From Gammaproteobacteria bacterium (GTDB lineage Bacteria > Pseudomonadota > Gammaproteobacteria > Steroidobacterales > JBFFHS01): a stretch of 64,000 nucleotides of DNA. Positions 46,909 through 59,640 of this stretch are shown in pieces (within the stretch, counting starts at the first letter, position 1; each line of letters starts with the position of its first letter). The notes under the pieces are model-generated. The model saw only the letters and a program-made list of their open reading frames with translations, did not search any database and was not told where the DNA came from. The position numbers and the translations under genes are program-made. The stretch covers positions 9,423 through 73,422 of the forward strand of contig JBFFHS010000001.1 in the NCBI GenBank assembly GCA_041556855.1. Reading direction: 5' to 3'.

Positions 46909-47637
46909 TCACAAGAATCGACTGCGATCAGCTAGAACCAGGCGCGTAGCGCCGGCCACCGCCGCAGGCATCACCGTGAAATTCACCACCGGAATCAGCG
47001 TGAGCAGAAATACCGCACTGCCGAAACCCAGCACCGCCCAGCGGTTCTGCGCCGCCACGGTGCGCTGCTGGGGAAAGGTCAGGCCGTGGTTTCCCAGCGG
47101 ATAATCCAGGTACTCCAGCCCCAGCATCCATATGGTGAAAAGCATCAGCGCTGCCGAGGCGGGCACGCCAATGGCCGGTATCAGGCTGAGCAGCAGCAGC
47201 GGCAGCGCCCGCAGCAGGTAATAGCGCAGCTTTATCAACTCCCCCACCAAGGCCATGCCGATCTCCCGATACCAGGGTCGCGTTGCGGTTGGCGTCGAGC
47301 CCGCGAGGCGCTGCTCACACCGCTCTGCTAACAATCCGTTGAAAGGTGCACTGATCAGGTTCGCCATGAAGGTAAAGCCGAACAGCAGCAACGCGATGAC
47401 GAACAGACCAAACAGCGGCACCAGCAGCCACTGCAACCAGTCGAGCCACTCAGGCAGCCGCGCCTCCAGCCAGGTCATGCCAGCAGACAGTGTCTGCAAG
47501 CTATAGATGATGGCTGCCGTGAACAGCAGGATGTTCACCAGCAGGGGCACATAGACGAAGCGCCGCAATCGCGGCCGCATCACCAGAGCGTAGCCGTCGA
47601 ACAGGCATCCCGCGCCGCGCATGAACTGGTCGATCAC
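46909..47637 (-). CDS. cysZ: Sulfate transporter CysZ
   Basis: 242-aa polytopic protein. The N-terminus GAGCLFDGYALVMRPRLRRFVYVPLLVN and the FNGLLAE motif are typical of CysZ. Confidence 0.85.
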   Translation of the reverse strand: MIDQFMRGAGCLFDGYALVMRPRLRRFVYVPLLVNILLFTAAIIYSLQTLSAGMTWLEARLPEWLDWLQWLLVPLFGLFVIALLLFGFTFMANLISAPFNGLLAERCEQRLAGSTPTATRPWYREIGMALVGELIKLRYYLLRALPLLLLSLIPAIGVPASAALMLFTIWMLGLEYLDYPLGNHGLTFPQQRTVAAQNRWAVLGFGSAVFLLTLIPVVNFTVMPAAVAGATRLVLADRSRFL

Positions 47638-47885
47638 CGCTGGTGGACTCCCGGGGAATACCCGACAGATACCCCGGACAGGTCCAGGTGCTGCGAACTG
47701 CCGTAGCAGCGGGCGGTCAAGCTAACAGGGCGGACAAGCCGGTGGACGGTTGGGACAGCGGTGCAAAATTCAGTCATCAGACCCACTCCGCTTCAGTTAC
47801 ATAGCCAGTTGTAGAATTTTTCTATGGCGATTTCACGCAAAACGCCTGTAAGCTATCGTAATATAAACGATCTTGCCAACGGGGA

Positions 47886-49160
47886 ATGGTGATTTGTATG
47901 GGCTGGACGCTGCGTTCGAGGCTTGTCGTGGGCGCCCTGCTGGCTTTGGGTGCCCTGGGTATCAACCGCGCATCAGCCACGGAATCGGAGCAACCGGAGC
48001 CTGCGGACTGGTTGAGCGAGGTCACGGTCCTGGTCAGCAAGCGAGCCGAGCCATCCGCAGCACAACCCGCCCCCGGACGCGGCATGACGCTGCTGGGGAT
48101 GGAGATCCCCGCCGGTTCCGCGCGCCGCCTGTCCTGGAGCGCCAGCGAGATTTTCGAGGGGATCTCGGAAACCACGCCGGTACTGGCCGTGAACGGCGCT
48201 GAACCGGGACCCGTGCTGTGCCTGACCGGCGCCATCCACGGAGACGAATTGAACGGTATCGAAATCGTGCGCCGGGTGATTCACAACCTGGATGTCGCGA
48301 AACTGCGAGGCGCGGTCATCGGCGTGCCGATCGTGAATCTCCACGGCTTTCGGCGCGCCTCCCGCTATCTGCCTGATCGGCGCGATTTGAACCGCTATTT
48401 TCCGGGCAATCCCCGGGGTAGCTCGGCGGCGCGCATTGCCTATTCGTTCTTTAACGAAGTCATCGTCAACTGCGATGCCCTGGTGGACCTGCACACCGGA
48501 TCCTTCCACCGCACCAATTTGCCCCAGGTGCGCGCCGACGTGCGCCATCCCGCCGTTGTCGAACTCACCCACGGGTTTGACTCCATGGTGGTGCTACACA
48601 GCCCGCCCGCCGAGGGCACACTGCGGCGCGCTGCGACGGAGTACGGCATCCCCGCCGTCACGATGGAAGTGGGCGAGCCCATGCGGCTGCAGCCCGAGGA
48701 GGTGCGGCGCGGCGAGGAGGGTATCGAGTCGCTTCTCAATAGCCTGGGGATGGTTCGCAAGCTGCGCTTCTGGAGCGAACCTGAGCCGGTTTACTATGAG
48801 TCCACCTGGGTACGCAGTGACCATGGTGGCCTGCTGATTACATCTGTCCAGTTGGGCCAGCAAGTGAGCGCTGGCCAGTCACTGGCCACTGTGACCGACC
48901 CCATCACCAACCAGAGCCGGGACATTCGCGCGCCCGGCGACGGCCGCGTGCTGGGCATGGCGCTCAATCAGGTGGTGATGCCCGGCTTTGCCGCGATCCG
49001 CCTCGGCTTACCCACCTCGGAAGCTCAGGTGATTCGCAGCGCCCAACAAACGGGTCTCGCTTCCGAAACCCGCCGGGCCAACCTGGATGGCATCCTGTAC
49101 GCCATCCGCGGTCAGTCCAGCGGCAACGTGGCACCGGTGACCGAGGACGGCGCGGACTAG
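47886..49160 (+). CDS. Succinylglutamate desuccinylase/aspartoacylase (M14-like) family protein, secreted
   Basis: Zn-ligand motif [19 protein letters not shown] and DLHTG, plus a signal peptide. Confidence 0.85.
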   Translation: MVICMGWTLRSRLVVGALLALGALGINRASATESEQPEPADWLSEVTVLVSKRAEPSAAQPAPGRGMTLLGMEIPAGSARRLSWSASEIFEGISETTPVLAVNGAEPGPVLCLTGAIHGDELNGIEIVRRVIHNLDVAKLRGAVIGVPIVNLHGFRRASRYLPDRRDLNRYFPGNPRGSSAARIAYSFFNEVIVNCDALVDLHTGSFHRTNLPQVRADVRHPAVVELTHGFDSMVVLHSPPAEGTLRRAATEYGIPAVTMEVGEPMRLQPEEVRRGEEGIESLLNSLGMVRKLRFWSEPEPVYYESTWVRSDHGGLLITSVQLGQQVSAGQSLATVTDPITNQSRDIRAPGDGRVLGMALNQVVMPGFAAIRLGLPTSEAQVIRSAQQTGLASETRRANLDGILYAIRGQSSGNVAPVTEDGAD

Positions 49161-50038
49161 CTCGACTTCAAGGCGGCAATGCGCTCGCTGATGGGCGGGT
49201 GGGACATGAAGAGCTTCTTCAAGCCCTGGGGCGTGCCCCCGGCAATCCCGAATGCCGCCAGCGACTCGGGCAACGCCGAGGGCTGATGAATCCGCGCCAG
49301 CCGTTCTAGAGCCGCCACCATGTTGCCGCGGCCGGCCAGCTTCGCCGCGCCCGCATCGGCGCGAAACTCCCGCTGCCGTGAGAACCACATGACGATGGTG
49401 CTGGCCAGAATGCCCAGCACGATCTGGGCCACCAGACTCGAAACGAAGAAACCAATGCCCATGCCCCGCTCGTTGCGCAACAGAACCCGGTCCACGAAAA
49501 AGCCGATGACCCGCGACAGGAAAATAACAAAGGTGTTCAACACGCCTTGAATCAAGGTCATGGTCACCATGTCGCCATTGGCAACGTGGCTGACCTCGTG
49601 GGCCAGGACCGCCTCCACTTCACTCTGCTGCATGCCCTGCAGCAAGCCCGTGCTGACCGCCACCAGGGCATTATTGCGGGTTGGCCCGGTGGCGAAAGCG
49701 TTGATTTCAGGGGAGTCGTATATGGCCACCTCCGGCATCTTGATTCCGGCCTGCTGAGCCTGGCGCTGCACGGTATTCACGAGCCAAGATTCGGCCGCGT
49801 TACGAGGGGTGGTAATGACCTTTGCGCCGGTCTGCATTTTTGCAGCGAACTTGGAAATGGCCAGCGAGATAAAGGAACCGCTGAAGCCAATCACCGCAGA
49901 AAAAATCAACAGCGCCTGGAGATCCAGCTGTGTGCCGTTTTGGGCGAGGATGGACTCGATGCCCAGCACCCGCATGGCAAAGGACAGCACCACCAGCACG
50001 GCAACGTTGGTACCCAGAAACAGTAGCACTCGCTTCAT
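49157..50038 (-). CDS. htpX: Protease HtpX (M48)
   Basis: [17 protein letters not shown].. with [11 protein letters not shown] (HExxH) and TM helices; 293 aa. Confidence 0.95.
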   Translation of the reverse strand: MKRVLLFLGTNVAVLVVLSFAMRVLGIESILAQNGTQLDLQALLIFSAVIGFSGSFISLAISKFAAKMQTGAKVITTPRNAAESWLVNTVQRQAQQAGIKMPEVAIYDSPEINAFATGPTRNNALVAVSTGLLQGMQQSEVEAVLAHEVSHVANGDMVTMTLIQGVLNTFVIFLSRVIGFFVDRVLLRNERGMGIGFFVSSLVAQIVLGILASTIVMWFSRQREFRADAGAAKLAGRGNMVAALERLARIHQPSALPESLAAFGIAGGTPQGLKKLFMSHPPISERIAALKSS

Positions 50039-50073
50039 AGTCCTTTTGGTCTCCGCTGACTCTGAATTTTAGA

Positions 50074-50102
50074 AACTGGGGGCAGGTCCGACCGTTTTCA
50101 AG
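50074..50102 (-). promoter_or_regulatory. Sigma-32-type promoter of htpX
   Basis: The minus strand reads CTTGAAA-N14-CCCCAGTT about 35 nt upstream of the htpX ATG. Confidence 0.6.
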
Positions 50103-50162
50103 ACCCCGCGCGGCCCCCTGCTCTCTTTGTAATTCGTTGCGAGGCTGTGTTGAGATGCAGCC

Positions 50163-51107
50163 GTGGAAAAGACTGCTCAACCAGCGCCCTGGGCCCTGCT
50201 GGCACCCCGCTACTGGGGGTTATGGCTGCTACTCGGTCTGATGCGGGTCAGCGTTTGGCTGCCCTATCGCTGGCAGCTGGCGACAGGCCGCGGCATCGGC
50301 CGCATCCTGTTCCGTCTGGCGCGCCGCCGGCGCCACTACGCCCGCTGCAACCTTAAGGTGTGCTTCCCGGAGCTGTCCGCCGCGGCCATCGATGAGCTGC
50401 TGCGGGCCCACTTTGAAGCCCTCGGCGCATCCCTGGCGGAGATGGCGTTGGGCTGGTTCGGAGCCCCGGCCAAGTTGAAGACGTTGGTGCATATTCAGGG
50501 CGGTGAGCACCTGGAGCAGGCCTTGGCGGGCGGCAAGGGCGTGATTCTGTATACCGCCCACTTCACCACCCTGGAGGTATGCGGCCCGCTCCTGAAAGAA
50601 CTGTGCCCGGAGCTATGCGCCATGTACCGGCCCCATCGCAACCGGATGCTGGACGAGATATTTCGCCGCGGTCGGCTGCGCTCGGCGACGACGGTTATTG
50701 CCAAGGACAACGCGCGCGGCATGATTCGCTGTCTGCGGCGCAACGGTGTGGTCTGGTATGCGCCGGATCAGAGTTATCGCGGTAAGGCCAGCGAGCTGGT
50801 GGAGTTTTTCGGCGAGCCGGCCATGACCAACGTGGCTACGAGCCAGCTGGCTCGGCTCACGGGTGCCGTGGTCGTACCCTATTTCCCGCGGCGCCTGAAA
50901 GACGGCTCCGGATACGTCCTGGTTTTTGGCGCCCCGCTCCAGGATTTCCCCGGCCCCGACCCGGTGGCAGATACCCGGCGTCTCAACCGGCTCCTTGAAG
51001 CGCATATTCGCACCTGCCCGGAGCAGTACTATTGGGTGCACCGGAAATTCAAGGACCGGCCGAGCCCATACCCGGACATTTATCAAGCCGCCGCCGAGCC
51101 ACTGTGA
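50163..51107 (+). CDS. lpxL: Lipid A biosynthesis lauroyl/myristoyl acyltransferase (LpxL/HtrB family)
   Basis: 314 aa with an N-terminal anchor, the HFTTLE (HX4E-like) acyltransferase motif, and YAPDQ. GTG start. Confidence 0.85.
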   Translation: MEKTAQPAPWALLAPRYWGLWLLLGLMRVSVWLPYRWQLATGRGIGRILFRLARRRRHYARCNLKVCFPELSAAAIDELLRAHFEALGASLAEMALGWFGAPAKLKTLVHIQGGEHLEQALAGGKGVILYTAHFTTLEVCGPLLKELCPELCAMYRPHRNRMLDEIFRRGRLRSATTVIAKDNARGMIRCLRRNGVVWYAPDQSYRGKASELVEFFGEPAMTNVATSQLARLTGAVVVPYFPRRLKDGSGYVLVFGAPLQDFPGPDPVADTRRLNRLLEAHIRTCPEQYYWVHRKFKDRPSPYPDIYQAAAEPL

Positions 51108-51811
51108 TATCCGTCCATGAGGGCCTGCCAACCCGCGCTATCGAACGCGGCACCGGTGTGCCGGCAGATTTTATGAATTGACCGTTCCAGGCGGCTGAGA
51201 TTCTGGGCGGCCCATGGACCGGGCGGGCGCAGGTCACCGCGGTCGAAGTCCAACACGAACACCTCGCCGTCCGCTCTCACCAGTATGTTGCGGATATTGA
51301 GATCCGCATGGTAGACGCCCTCGTCATGGAAGCGCCGTAATACCCGGCCGACACGTTGCCAGCCCGCGCTGCTCAACCGCTGCTCCAACATCAGTGTTTG
51401 CAGTGACGGCGCGTCCACAAAACCGGTGATCAAATCGGCGCGATAAAAAGGCCCCCAGCGTTGATAGCGGGCGGCCACGGGCGGTGGCACCGGTAATTCT
51501 CGACTGCTCATTTCGGCCAGCAGGCGCCATTCCCGAAATGAACGGGTGCGCGCTTCGCCCAACCACAAGTACTGATCGTCAATCAGGCGCGACACGATGC
51601 CGCCGCGTCGATAATGGCGCAGTGCCCAGACGCCGTCAGGGCTTTGCACGAACCAGACGTTACCGCGGCCGGCGCCAGCTTCACCGACGATGGCATTCGC
51701 CTGCCGCCAGGTCGCTTCCTCGAACCAGGATGCTCCGGGTACGCCGGCCAGTGCGCCATCGTAGAGCATGGCGCCATCTCCGAGGGGTTGGTATGCCGCT
51801 TGCACCATCAT
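51083..51811 (-). CDS. kdkA: 3-deoxy-D-manno-octulosonic acid kinase
   Basis: LRHYRRGG, VYHADLNIRNILV and LDFDRG motifs. Start trimmed to ATG 51811, which overlaps the waaF stop (ATGA). Confidence 0.85.
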   Translation of the reverse strand: MMVQAAYQPLGDGAMLYDGALAGVPGASWFEEATWRQANAIVGEAGAGRGNVWFVQSPDGVWALRHYRRGGIVSRLIDDQYLWLGEARTRSFREWRLLAEMSSRELPVPPPVAARYQRWGPFYRADLITGFVDAPSLQTLMLEQRLSSAGWQRVGRVLRRFHDEGVYHADLNIRNILVRADGEVFVLDFDRGDLRPPGPWAAQNLSRLERSIHKICRHTGAAFDSAGWQALMDGYHSGSAAA

Positions 51812-52842
51812 GGCCGGGCCGCCAGCGCCCGCTTCACCGCGCCGACTATCTGATCCACCGTAATCTCCGTCAAGCAGCGGGTGTGACCGAGAGGGCACTC
51901 CCGGGCGAAGCATGGACTGCAGCTCAGCCCCAGACTGATGATGTCGCACGCATCCGTCAGCGGCGGTGTAAAAACGCTACTGGATGAGCCGTAGATCGCC
52001 ACCACATGAGTATCCACGGCGGCGGCCATATGCATCAGTCCGGAGTCGTTGGTCACCGCCACCCGGGCCAGCGCCAGCAGATCCACCGCATCGGCCAGCG
52101 ACGTTTGTCCACACAGATGATGCAGGTCGCCCTGGCTGGCCAGCTCGTCCAGCGGGGCAGTGAACTCCCGATCCCGGGCGGAACCCAGCACCAGCACCGT
52201 CAGGCCATCGCTCAGCAGCCGGCGAACCAATCCGCTGACCTTGTCAACGGGCCAGCGTTTCGCCGGCCCATACTCGGCACCAGGCATTAACGCCACCACG
52301 GTCCCGCCAGGCGCCAGGCCAAGCGCCCTCATGAGCCGCGTCTGGTTCGCCGCATCCACCCGCAGCGTCGGGCGCGGCAAATTTTCCAGCAACGCCGCGC
52401 CAGCGGGACGACCCAGGGCAACGAAGCGCTTCACGGTTTGATCCAGCTCGCCACCCATGGGACGCATGTCGTTCACCAGACCGAACCGGGCCTCGGCGCG
52501 GAACCCCGTGCGCACCGGCACCCGCGCAAAGAATGGCACTAGCGCAGACTTGAAAGAGCGGGGCAGAACGATCGCCCGCCCATAGCCCTCGCGGCGCAGC
52601 TTGCGGCCCAGCCTGCGACGCAGACCGAGCTTCAGCTCGCCATGACCAACCGGTAACTCAATCGCCCGGCGAACCTGGGGCATTCGGTCCAGGACTGGCA
52701 GCGACCAGGCGGGGGAAACCACATCGATAACGGTGTCCGGCCGGGCCGCCACAAGATCTTTGTACAGCGACTGGGCCATGATGGTGTCGCCCACCCAGGC
52801 GGGTCCGATCACCAGAATCTTCTCGGCCAACCCGGCGCTCAC
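51808..52842 (-). CDS. waaF: ADP-heptose:LPS heptosyltransferase II
   Basis: [19 protein letters not shown].., [11 protein letters not shown], 344 aa (GT9). Confidence 0.9.
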   Translation of the reverse strand: MSAGLAEKILVIGPAWVGDTIMAQSLYKDLVAARPDTVIDVVSPAWSLPVLDRMPQVRRAIELPVGHGELKLGLRRRLGRKLRREGYGRAIVLPRSFKSALVPFFARVPVRTGFRAEARFGLVNDMRPMGGELDQTVKRFVALGRPAGAALLENLPRPTLRVDAANQTRLMRALGLAPGGTVVALMPGAEYGPAKRWPVDKVSGLVRRLLSDGLTVLVLGSARDREFTAPLDELASQGDLHHLCGQTSLADAVDLLALARVAVTNDSGLMHMAAAVDTHVVAIYGSSSSVFTPPLTDACDIISLGLSCSPCFARECPLGHTRCLTEITVDQIVGAVKRALAARP

Positions 52843-53786
52843 GGCGACGGGGCGAGCGCATCCAGATATGCCTTCACACCCTCTTCGACCGTCCGAAACG
52901 ATTGCTCGCAGCCGGCCTGACGAAGCTTGGCCATATCCGCCTCGGTAAAGCTCTGATAGCGGCCCGCCAGTTCTGCTGGAAAGTCAATGTACTCAATCTC
53001 GCCACGCTGGTGCCAGTCGATGACCGCCTGAGCCAGGGCATTAAAGGTACTTGCTCGGCCCGTACCCACGTTAAAGATTCCGGAATTCTCGGGATGATCA
53101 AGAAACCAGAGATTAACGGCGACCACGTCGCCCACATAAACGAAGTCCCGGCGCTGCTCGCCAGGACCATAACCATCACTGCCGGTGAACAAACGTGCCC
53201 GGCCCTGCTCGATGATCTGCTGATTGAAGTGAAACGCGACACTGGCCATAGGTCCCTTGTGGGATTCCCCTGGACCATAAACGTTGAAATATCTTAAGCC
53301 CACGATCTGACTGGAGGTGAGTCCGAGCCGAGCGCGAACCCATTGGTCGAACAGATGTTTGGAGTAACCATAAACGTTCAGCGGCCGTTCGGTACCGGCG
53401 GCCTCGCTGAATACCGGTCCGGCGCCGTAGACGGAGGCCGAGGACGCGTAGATGAAAGGCACTTCCGAGCCCATGCAGTACGCCATGAGTACCTTCGAGT
53501 ACTCGTAGTTGGTGTCCATCATGTAGCGGCCATCCCACTCGGTGGTGGTGGCGCAAGCGCCCTGGTGGAGGATGGCCCGTGGTGTAAAACCCAGTTCGTC
53601 AGCTGCCAACCGTTTAAGCAGCATGTCCTTGTCCCAATAGTCGGCAATCTGGCAGTCCGCCAGGTTGCGGAACTTGCGGCCATCGGTCAGGTCGTCCACG
53701 GCGAGAATGTCACGCTCGCCGCGCTCATTGAGGCCTTTCACCAGGTTGCTGCCGATGAATCCGGCTGCGCCGGTGACAATGATCAT
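52839..53786 (-). CDS. hldD: ADP-L-glycero-D-manno-heptose 6-epimerase
   Basis: [21 protein letters not shown].., 315 aa. Confidence 0.95.
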   Translation of the reverse strand: MIIVTGAAGFIGSNLVKGLNERGERDILAVDDLTDGRKFRNLADCQIADYWDKDMLLKRLAADELGFTPRAILHQGACATTTEWDGRYMMDTNYEYSKVLMAYCMGSEVPFIYASSASVYGAGPVFSEAAGTERPLNVYGYSKHLFDQWVRARLGLTSSQIVGLRYFNVYGPGESHKGPMASVAFHFNQQIIEQGRARLFTGSDGYGPGEQRRDFVYVGDVVAVNLWFLDHPENSGIFNVGTGRASTFNALAQAVIDWHQRGEIEYIDFPAELAGRYQSFTEADMAKLRQAGCEQSFRTVEEGVKAYLDALAPSP

Positions 53787-53804
53787 AGCCGGCTCACACA
53801 GGTG

Positions 53805-54011
53805 TCAGGGGTGCACGACTTCCGCCAACAGTTCGTAGCTGGCGCCGCAGTAGGGGCACTTGGCTTCCCCAGTCGCCTCAATGGGCAGGAAAACTTTGGG
53901 ATGAGAGTTCCATAGATACATTCCCGGCATGGGGCAGTGCAGCGGCAGGTCGTCGCGGGACACCTGATAACGGTTCTGGGCGTTCGGCGCGATCAGATCC
54001 TCATCGGCCAT
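53805..54011 (-). CDS. Zinc-finger (zf-CHCC type) small protein
   Basis: LHCPMP...AKCPYCGASYEL is a C-terminal CHCC zinc knuckle. Start trimmed to ATG 54011 (MADEDLI..). Confidence 0.65.
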   Translation of the reverse strand: MADEDLIAPNAQNRYQVSRDDLPLHCPMPGMYLWNSHPKVFLPIEATGEAKCPYCGASYELLAEVVHP

Positions 54012-54085
54012 GCCCGCTCTTCGACGCATTGCATACTCCCCAGGGCAATGGCGGAAGATTATACCGCGCCGGCGCGGCAGCTTTG

Positions 54086-56965
54086 CTACTCGCCCAGCAC
54101 CCGTTCCCAAACGGCGCGCACCCGATCCCGCTCAACACGAAACTCGCTCGCCTCGACCACCCGACCGCCGCCCGCCAGCGCCAGCTCGTGCAGCCGTCGC
54201 CGAAAAGCTAAGTAAATCGCCCGCAGCTCGCTGGCCAGCGCCGACGTGATCAGCCCGACCCGCTCCAGGGCTTCCAGCTGGCGGACGTTGTCCGGGTAGG
54301 TCACCAGCTCCGGCCAATCCCCAGCCGACCGCAGCACCCAGTAGTCCACCAGAAACTCCAGATCGGCAAGACCGCCGGCATCCTGCTTGATGTCGAAACG
54401 GTCCGCACCGCCCTTGGACAGCTCCCGGCGCATGCGCGCGCGCATGGCGCGCACATCTTCCGCCAGCTGCTCCCGTTTCACGTGGTGGCACAGCACTTCC
54501 CGACGCTCCTGCTCAAACAGCGCTCGCAGCCCCGCATCGCCAGCCACCGAGCGGCTGCGCAACAGGGCCTGGTGCTCCCAGGTCCAAGCATCTCGTCGTT
54601 GATAGACGGCAAACGCATCCAGGCTCGCGACCATCAGGCCCGACCGACCGCTGGGCCGCAGCCGAGTATCCACCTCGTAGAGCCGGCCGGAGCGGGTCTG
54701 GATGGTCAGGAAATGCAGCAGCCGCTGGGTCAGGCGGGCAAAGAAACGCTGATTGTCCAGCGGCTGGGCGCCGTCGGTCTCGCTCAAGGTGCCAGTGCCG
54801 TGGTGCAGAAACACCAGATCCAGATCGGACCCGTAACCCAGCTCCAGGCCCGCCAGCTTGCCATAGGCGATAATGCAAAACTCGGCGGCTACCGGGGCCG
54901 CCGGGTCGCCGCACAAGGGAGTGCCGTAACGCTCGGTCAGCTCCCGTCGTGCCGTCGCCAGGGCAAACTCCAAGACCAGCTCGGCGGTATCCGTGAGGCG
55001 ATCGCTCACCTTCATCAGCGGCAGCGCGCCGGCCAGGTCGGCGACTGCGATACGAAACACCGCCATCCGCTGGAACCGCTGCATCGCCTCCAGCAGGCGC
55101 TCCGTATCCCCGGCGGGCTCGCCCGCAAGCAGCTGCGCAAAGTCGCCCTCCAGGGACGCCCGGGAAGGCGGCTGCTCGAAGATGCGCGGATCGAGTAGCT
55201 CGTCCAGCAACATGGGTGACTCGACGATCTGGGCCGGCAGGAAATCACTGCGCTCGGCGAGATTCACCAGGCGCTGCAGGGCAGCAGGATTCTCGATCAG
55301 TAAGGCCAGATAGGCGCTGCGCCGCCCCACCGCCTCGATCAGGGGCAGCAAGCGGGCCAACGTGACCTCGGGCGCCGACTGGCCCACCAGCTGCTGCACC
55401 AGGCGCGGAATAAAATGGTCCAGCCGGGCGCGGCTGGGCTCATCCATACGTTGATAAAGCCCGCCGTGGCGCAGGCGTCGCAGCTGTTCGACGACTGCCT
55501 GCCCATGGGCGATCCCGAGCGCCGCCAAAAGCGGGCCGGGGTCGGCTTCCAGGCCTGATTCCCAGAGGGCTCGCAGCGGATTGTCCGCCGCCGCGGCATC
55601 GCCAGCCGGCTGGGCACCTTTAAACACCAATTCGGCGAAATGTCCCTCGACCAGGGTGCGCCAGCGACCCAGCTGTGCCGCCAGGTCCGACCAGTCGTCA
55701 CAGCCCATGGCCATGGCGAGCCGGGCACGCGGCTCCGGGTCATCCGGCAGCTCGTGGGTCTGCTGGTCATCCAAAGCCTGCAGTCGATTTTCCACGGTGC
55801 GCAGGAAGCGATAGGCATCAGCGAGCTCATTCGCCGCCGCTGGGCTCAGGCACCCGCGATTGGCCAGCCGGGACAGAACATCCAGCAGCTGCCGGCCCCG
55901 CAGGGTCACGTCCTGGCCACCGCGCACCAGCTGGAACGATTGCACGATGAACTCGATTTCCCGAATTCCGCCGGGCCCAAGCTTGATGTTCTCCGACATA
56001 TCCTTGCGGGCCACTTCCTGAGCAATGAGCCCCTTCATATCCCGCAGCGAAGCGAACACGCCGTAGTCCAAGTAGCGCCGATATACAAAGGGGGCGAGGA
56101 TCTGCTCGAAAAGCTCCGTTTGGTAAGTGCGGGCGGCAGAGACGGGTTTTGCCTTGATATAGGCGTAGCGTTCCCAGTCGCGGCCGTGCTGGATGAGATA
56201 GGCCTCCAGGGCAGGAAAGCTCACCGCCAGCGGGCCCGCGCTGCCAAAGGGTCGCAGCCGCGTATCGACGCGGTATACCGTGCCATCCGGGGTGGTGGCG
56301 TCCAACAACCGAATAACGCGCTGGCCCAGCTTGATAAAAAAGTTGCCGTTATCCAAGGGACGGTCGCCATTGGTCGTTCCCGGCGCTTCGTAAAGAAAAA
56401 TCAGATCCACATCCGAGGAAAAATTGAGCTCGCCGCCACCCAGCTTGCCCATCCCCAGAACTACAGGGTTCACGAACTCCCCCTGTTGGTCGCTCGGCTG
56501 GCCGTAGCGGACCGTCAACAATTCCATGGCGTAACGCATCGCCGCCTCGATACAGCACTCAGCGACCGCGGACAGATCCGCCAGAGACTCAGCCAGGTCC
56601 GCATCACCCGTTAAATCGCGCCAGGCAATCCGCGCCAGTTCCAGCTGGCGCGCCATGCGCAGCGCTCTGAGCACCTGCGCCTCCGACTCCGCAGCACTGA
56701 ACGTCAAACGGTCCCGCAGCGCGTCCGGATCCAGTGGGGCGAACCACTCGTTTTGTTCCAGGCGGCGAACAAACTGCTCCGGATAGCGCAGCAGGGTGCG
56801 CAGCACGAACTCGCTTACGATAAGCACTCGAGCCGCGCTGTCGGCCGCGCCCGCATGGCCGCTGAGCGCGGCAAGCAGCGCCGGCGCCGCGCTCAAGCGA
56901 TCATTGACGTTCCCCCAGCGCGCGCTGAGGACGTCGGGCAGGTCGTTAGGGCGGGGCAATGCCAT
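54086..56965 (-). CDS. glnE: Bifunctional glutamine synthetase adenylyltransferase/adenylyl-removing enzyme
   Basis: 959 aa with two nucleotidyltransferase repeats (GKLGGGELNFSSDVDLIF and GKLAGLELGYGSDLDLVF). Confidence 0.95.
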   Translation of the reverse strand: MALPRPNDLPDVLSARWGNVNDRLSAAPALLAALSGHAGAADSAARVLIVSEFVLRTLLRYPEQFVRRLEQNEWFAPLDPDALRDRLTFSAAESEAQVLRALRMARQLELARIAWRDLTGDADLAESLADLSAVAECCIEAAMRYAMELLTVRYGQPSDQQGEFVNPVVLGMGKLGGGELNFSSDVDLIFLYEAPGTTNGDRPLDNGNFFIKLGQRVIRLLDATTPDGTVYRVDTRLRPFGSAGPLAVSFPALEAYLIQHGRDWERYAYIKAKPVSAARTYQTELFEQILAPFVYRRYLDYGVFASLRDMKGLIAQEVARKDMSENIKLGPGGIREIEFIVQSFQLVRGGQDVTLRGRQLLDVLSRLANRGCLSPAAANELADAYRFLRTVENRLQALDDQQTHELPDDPEPRARLAMAMGCDDWSDLAAQLGRWRTLVEGHFAELVFKGAQPAGDAAAADNPLRALWESGLEADPGPLLAALGIAHGQAVVEQLRRLRHGGLYQRMDEPSRARLDHFIPRLVQQLVGQSAPEVTLARLLPLIEAVGRRSAYLALLIENPAALQRLVNLAERSDFLPAQIVESPMLLDELLDPRIFEQPPSRASLEGDFAQLLAGEPAGDTERLLEAMQRFQRMAVFRIAVADLAGALPLMKVSDRLTDTAELVLEFALATARRELTERYGTPLCGDPAAPVAAEFCIIAYGKLAGLELGYGSDLDLVFLHHGTGTLSETDGAQPLDNQRFFARLTQRLLHFLTIQTRSGRLYEVDTRLRPSGRSGLMVASLDAFAVYQRRDAWTWEHQALLRSRSVAGDAGLRALFEQERREVLCHHVKREQLAEDVRAMRARMRRELSKGGADRFDIKQDAGGLADLEFLVDYWVLRSAGDWPELVTYPDNVRQLEALERVGLITSALASELRAIYLAFRRRLHELALAGGGRVVEASEFRVERDRVRAVWERVLGE

Positions 56966-57077
56966 CGACGGCCAGGGAATCTCAAGGGGAGGGAGCCTAC
57001 GACTTTACTGCAAGTTGCGCTGCTGGTGATCAAGTCTGCTCGATGGCCTGAGCTGATTCCAGCCTGAACTCCCCGCC

Positions 57078-57109
57078 AAAAAAAAGCCCCGCACCAGGCG
57101 GGGCTTTTT
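57078..57109. terminator. Bidirectional intrinsic terminator downstream of groEL
   Basis: A8-gccccgc-accag-gcggggc-T5: a GC stem flanked by an A-run and a T-run. Confidence 0.8.
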
Positions 57110-57132
57110 CACGGCTTGGCGAAAGCCTGTCT

Positions 57133-58791
<1,659 letters not shown>

Positions 58792-58812
58792 TTAATAACT
58801 TGCGGGACAGGC

Positions 58813-59103
58813 TTAGCCTTCGATCACGGCCATGACGTCTTCTTCGCGCATGACCAACAGCTCTTCGCCTTCCACCTTCACTTCGGTACCGGAATACTTG
58901 CCGAACAGCACTTTGTCGCCGGCCTTCAGCTCCAAAGCGCGGACATCGCCGTTCTCCAGCACTTTGCCCTGGCCCACAGCCACGACTTCACCCTTGATGG
59001 GTTTTTCGGCTGCCGAGTCCGGAATCACGATGCCACCGGGTGAAGTGCGCTCTTCTTCCATACGCTTGATGATGACGCGATCATGAAGCGGACGAATATT
59101 CAT
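58813..59103 (-). CDS. groES: Co-chaperonin GroES
   Basis: [14 protein letters not shown].., 96 aa. Confidence 0.99.
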   Translation of the reverse strand: MNIRPLHDRVIIKRMEEERTSPGGIVIPDSAAEKPIKGEVVAVGQGKVLENGDVRALELKAGDKVLFGKYSGTEVKVEGEELLVMREEDVMAVIEG

Positions 59104-59170
59104 GGATGAATCTCCTTTTAACGCCCTGTTTTATATATGAATTTTCACTAATCGGGAGCACTCACGAACG

Positions 59171-59197
59171 TTAGCACTCACCGCTTGGGAGTGCTAA
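59171..59197. promoter_or_regulatory. CIRCE operator (HrcA binding site) in the groES leader
   Basis: TTAGCACTC-N9-GAGTGCTAA is a perfect match to the CIRCE consensus, 68-94 nt upstream of the groES ATG. Confidence 0.85.
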
Positions 59198-59225
59198 TGA
59201 TAGTGTCCGATTTAGGGATTTCAAG
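59197..59225 (-). promoter_or_regulatory. Putative groESL promoter abutting CIRCE
   Basis: The minus strand reads CTTGAAA-tccctaaatcgga-CACTATCAT. The -35 is sigma-32/sigma-70-like, and the -10 is TATCAT-like rather than CCCCAT. Confidence 0.4.
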
Positions 59226-59301
59226 GCTTTGGGATAGAAGTCCATGACAAGGCTGAGCCCGCTGGCTATCCTTCGGCTCCCCCCCTTGAGATGAAGCGGA
59301 C

Positions 59302-59640
59302 ATGCCTGGTCGGAAGGATGCGCTTGTGGTGCTGACCACCTGCCCGAACCCGGAAGCCGCTGGGCTTCTGGCCACCCGGCTGGTGGAGTCCCGGCTGGCG
59401 GCCTGCGTGAACGTGATTGGCGGGGTGCGGTCCGTTTACCGCTGGCAGGGCAGGGTTGAGCAGGATGACGAAGTGCTGCTCCTGATCAAGAGCTCCGAGA
59501 AGGTCCTGGCAGCGGTCCGGCGGCTTATCCAGGAGCTGTCCGACTATGAACTCCCGGAGGTCCTGGCGGTCCCTGTAAAAGACGGCTCCAGCGCTTATCT
59601 GGACTGGCTGCTCGAGTCCGTGGACGGTGAGGACCTGTGA
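59302..59640 (+). CDS. cutA: Divalent-cation tolerance protein CutA
   Basis: 112 aa with VVLTTCPN..A..LA..LVE.RLAACVN....SVYRWQG, the CutA1 signature. Confidence 0.9.
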   Translation: MPGRKDALVVLTTCPNPEAAGLLATRLVESRLAACVNVIGGVRSVYRWQGRVEQDDEVLLLIKSSEKVLAAVRRLIQELSDYELPEVLAVPVKDGSSAYLDWLLESVDGEDL

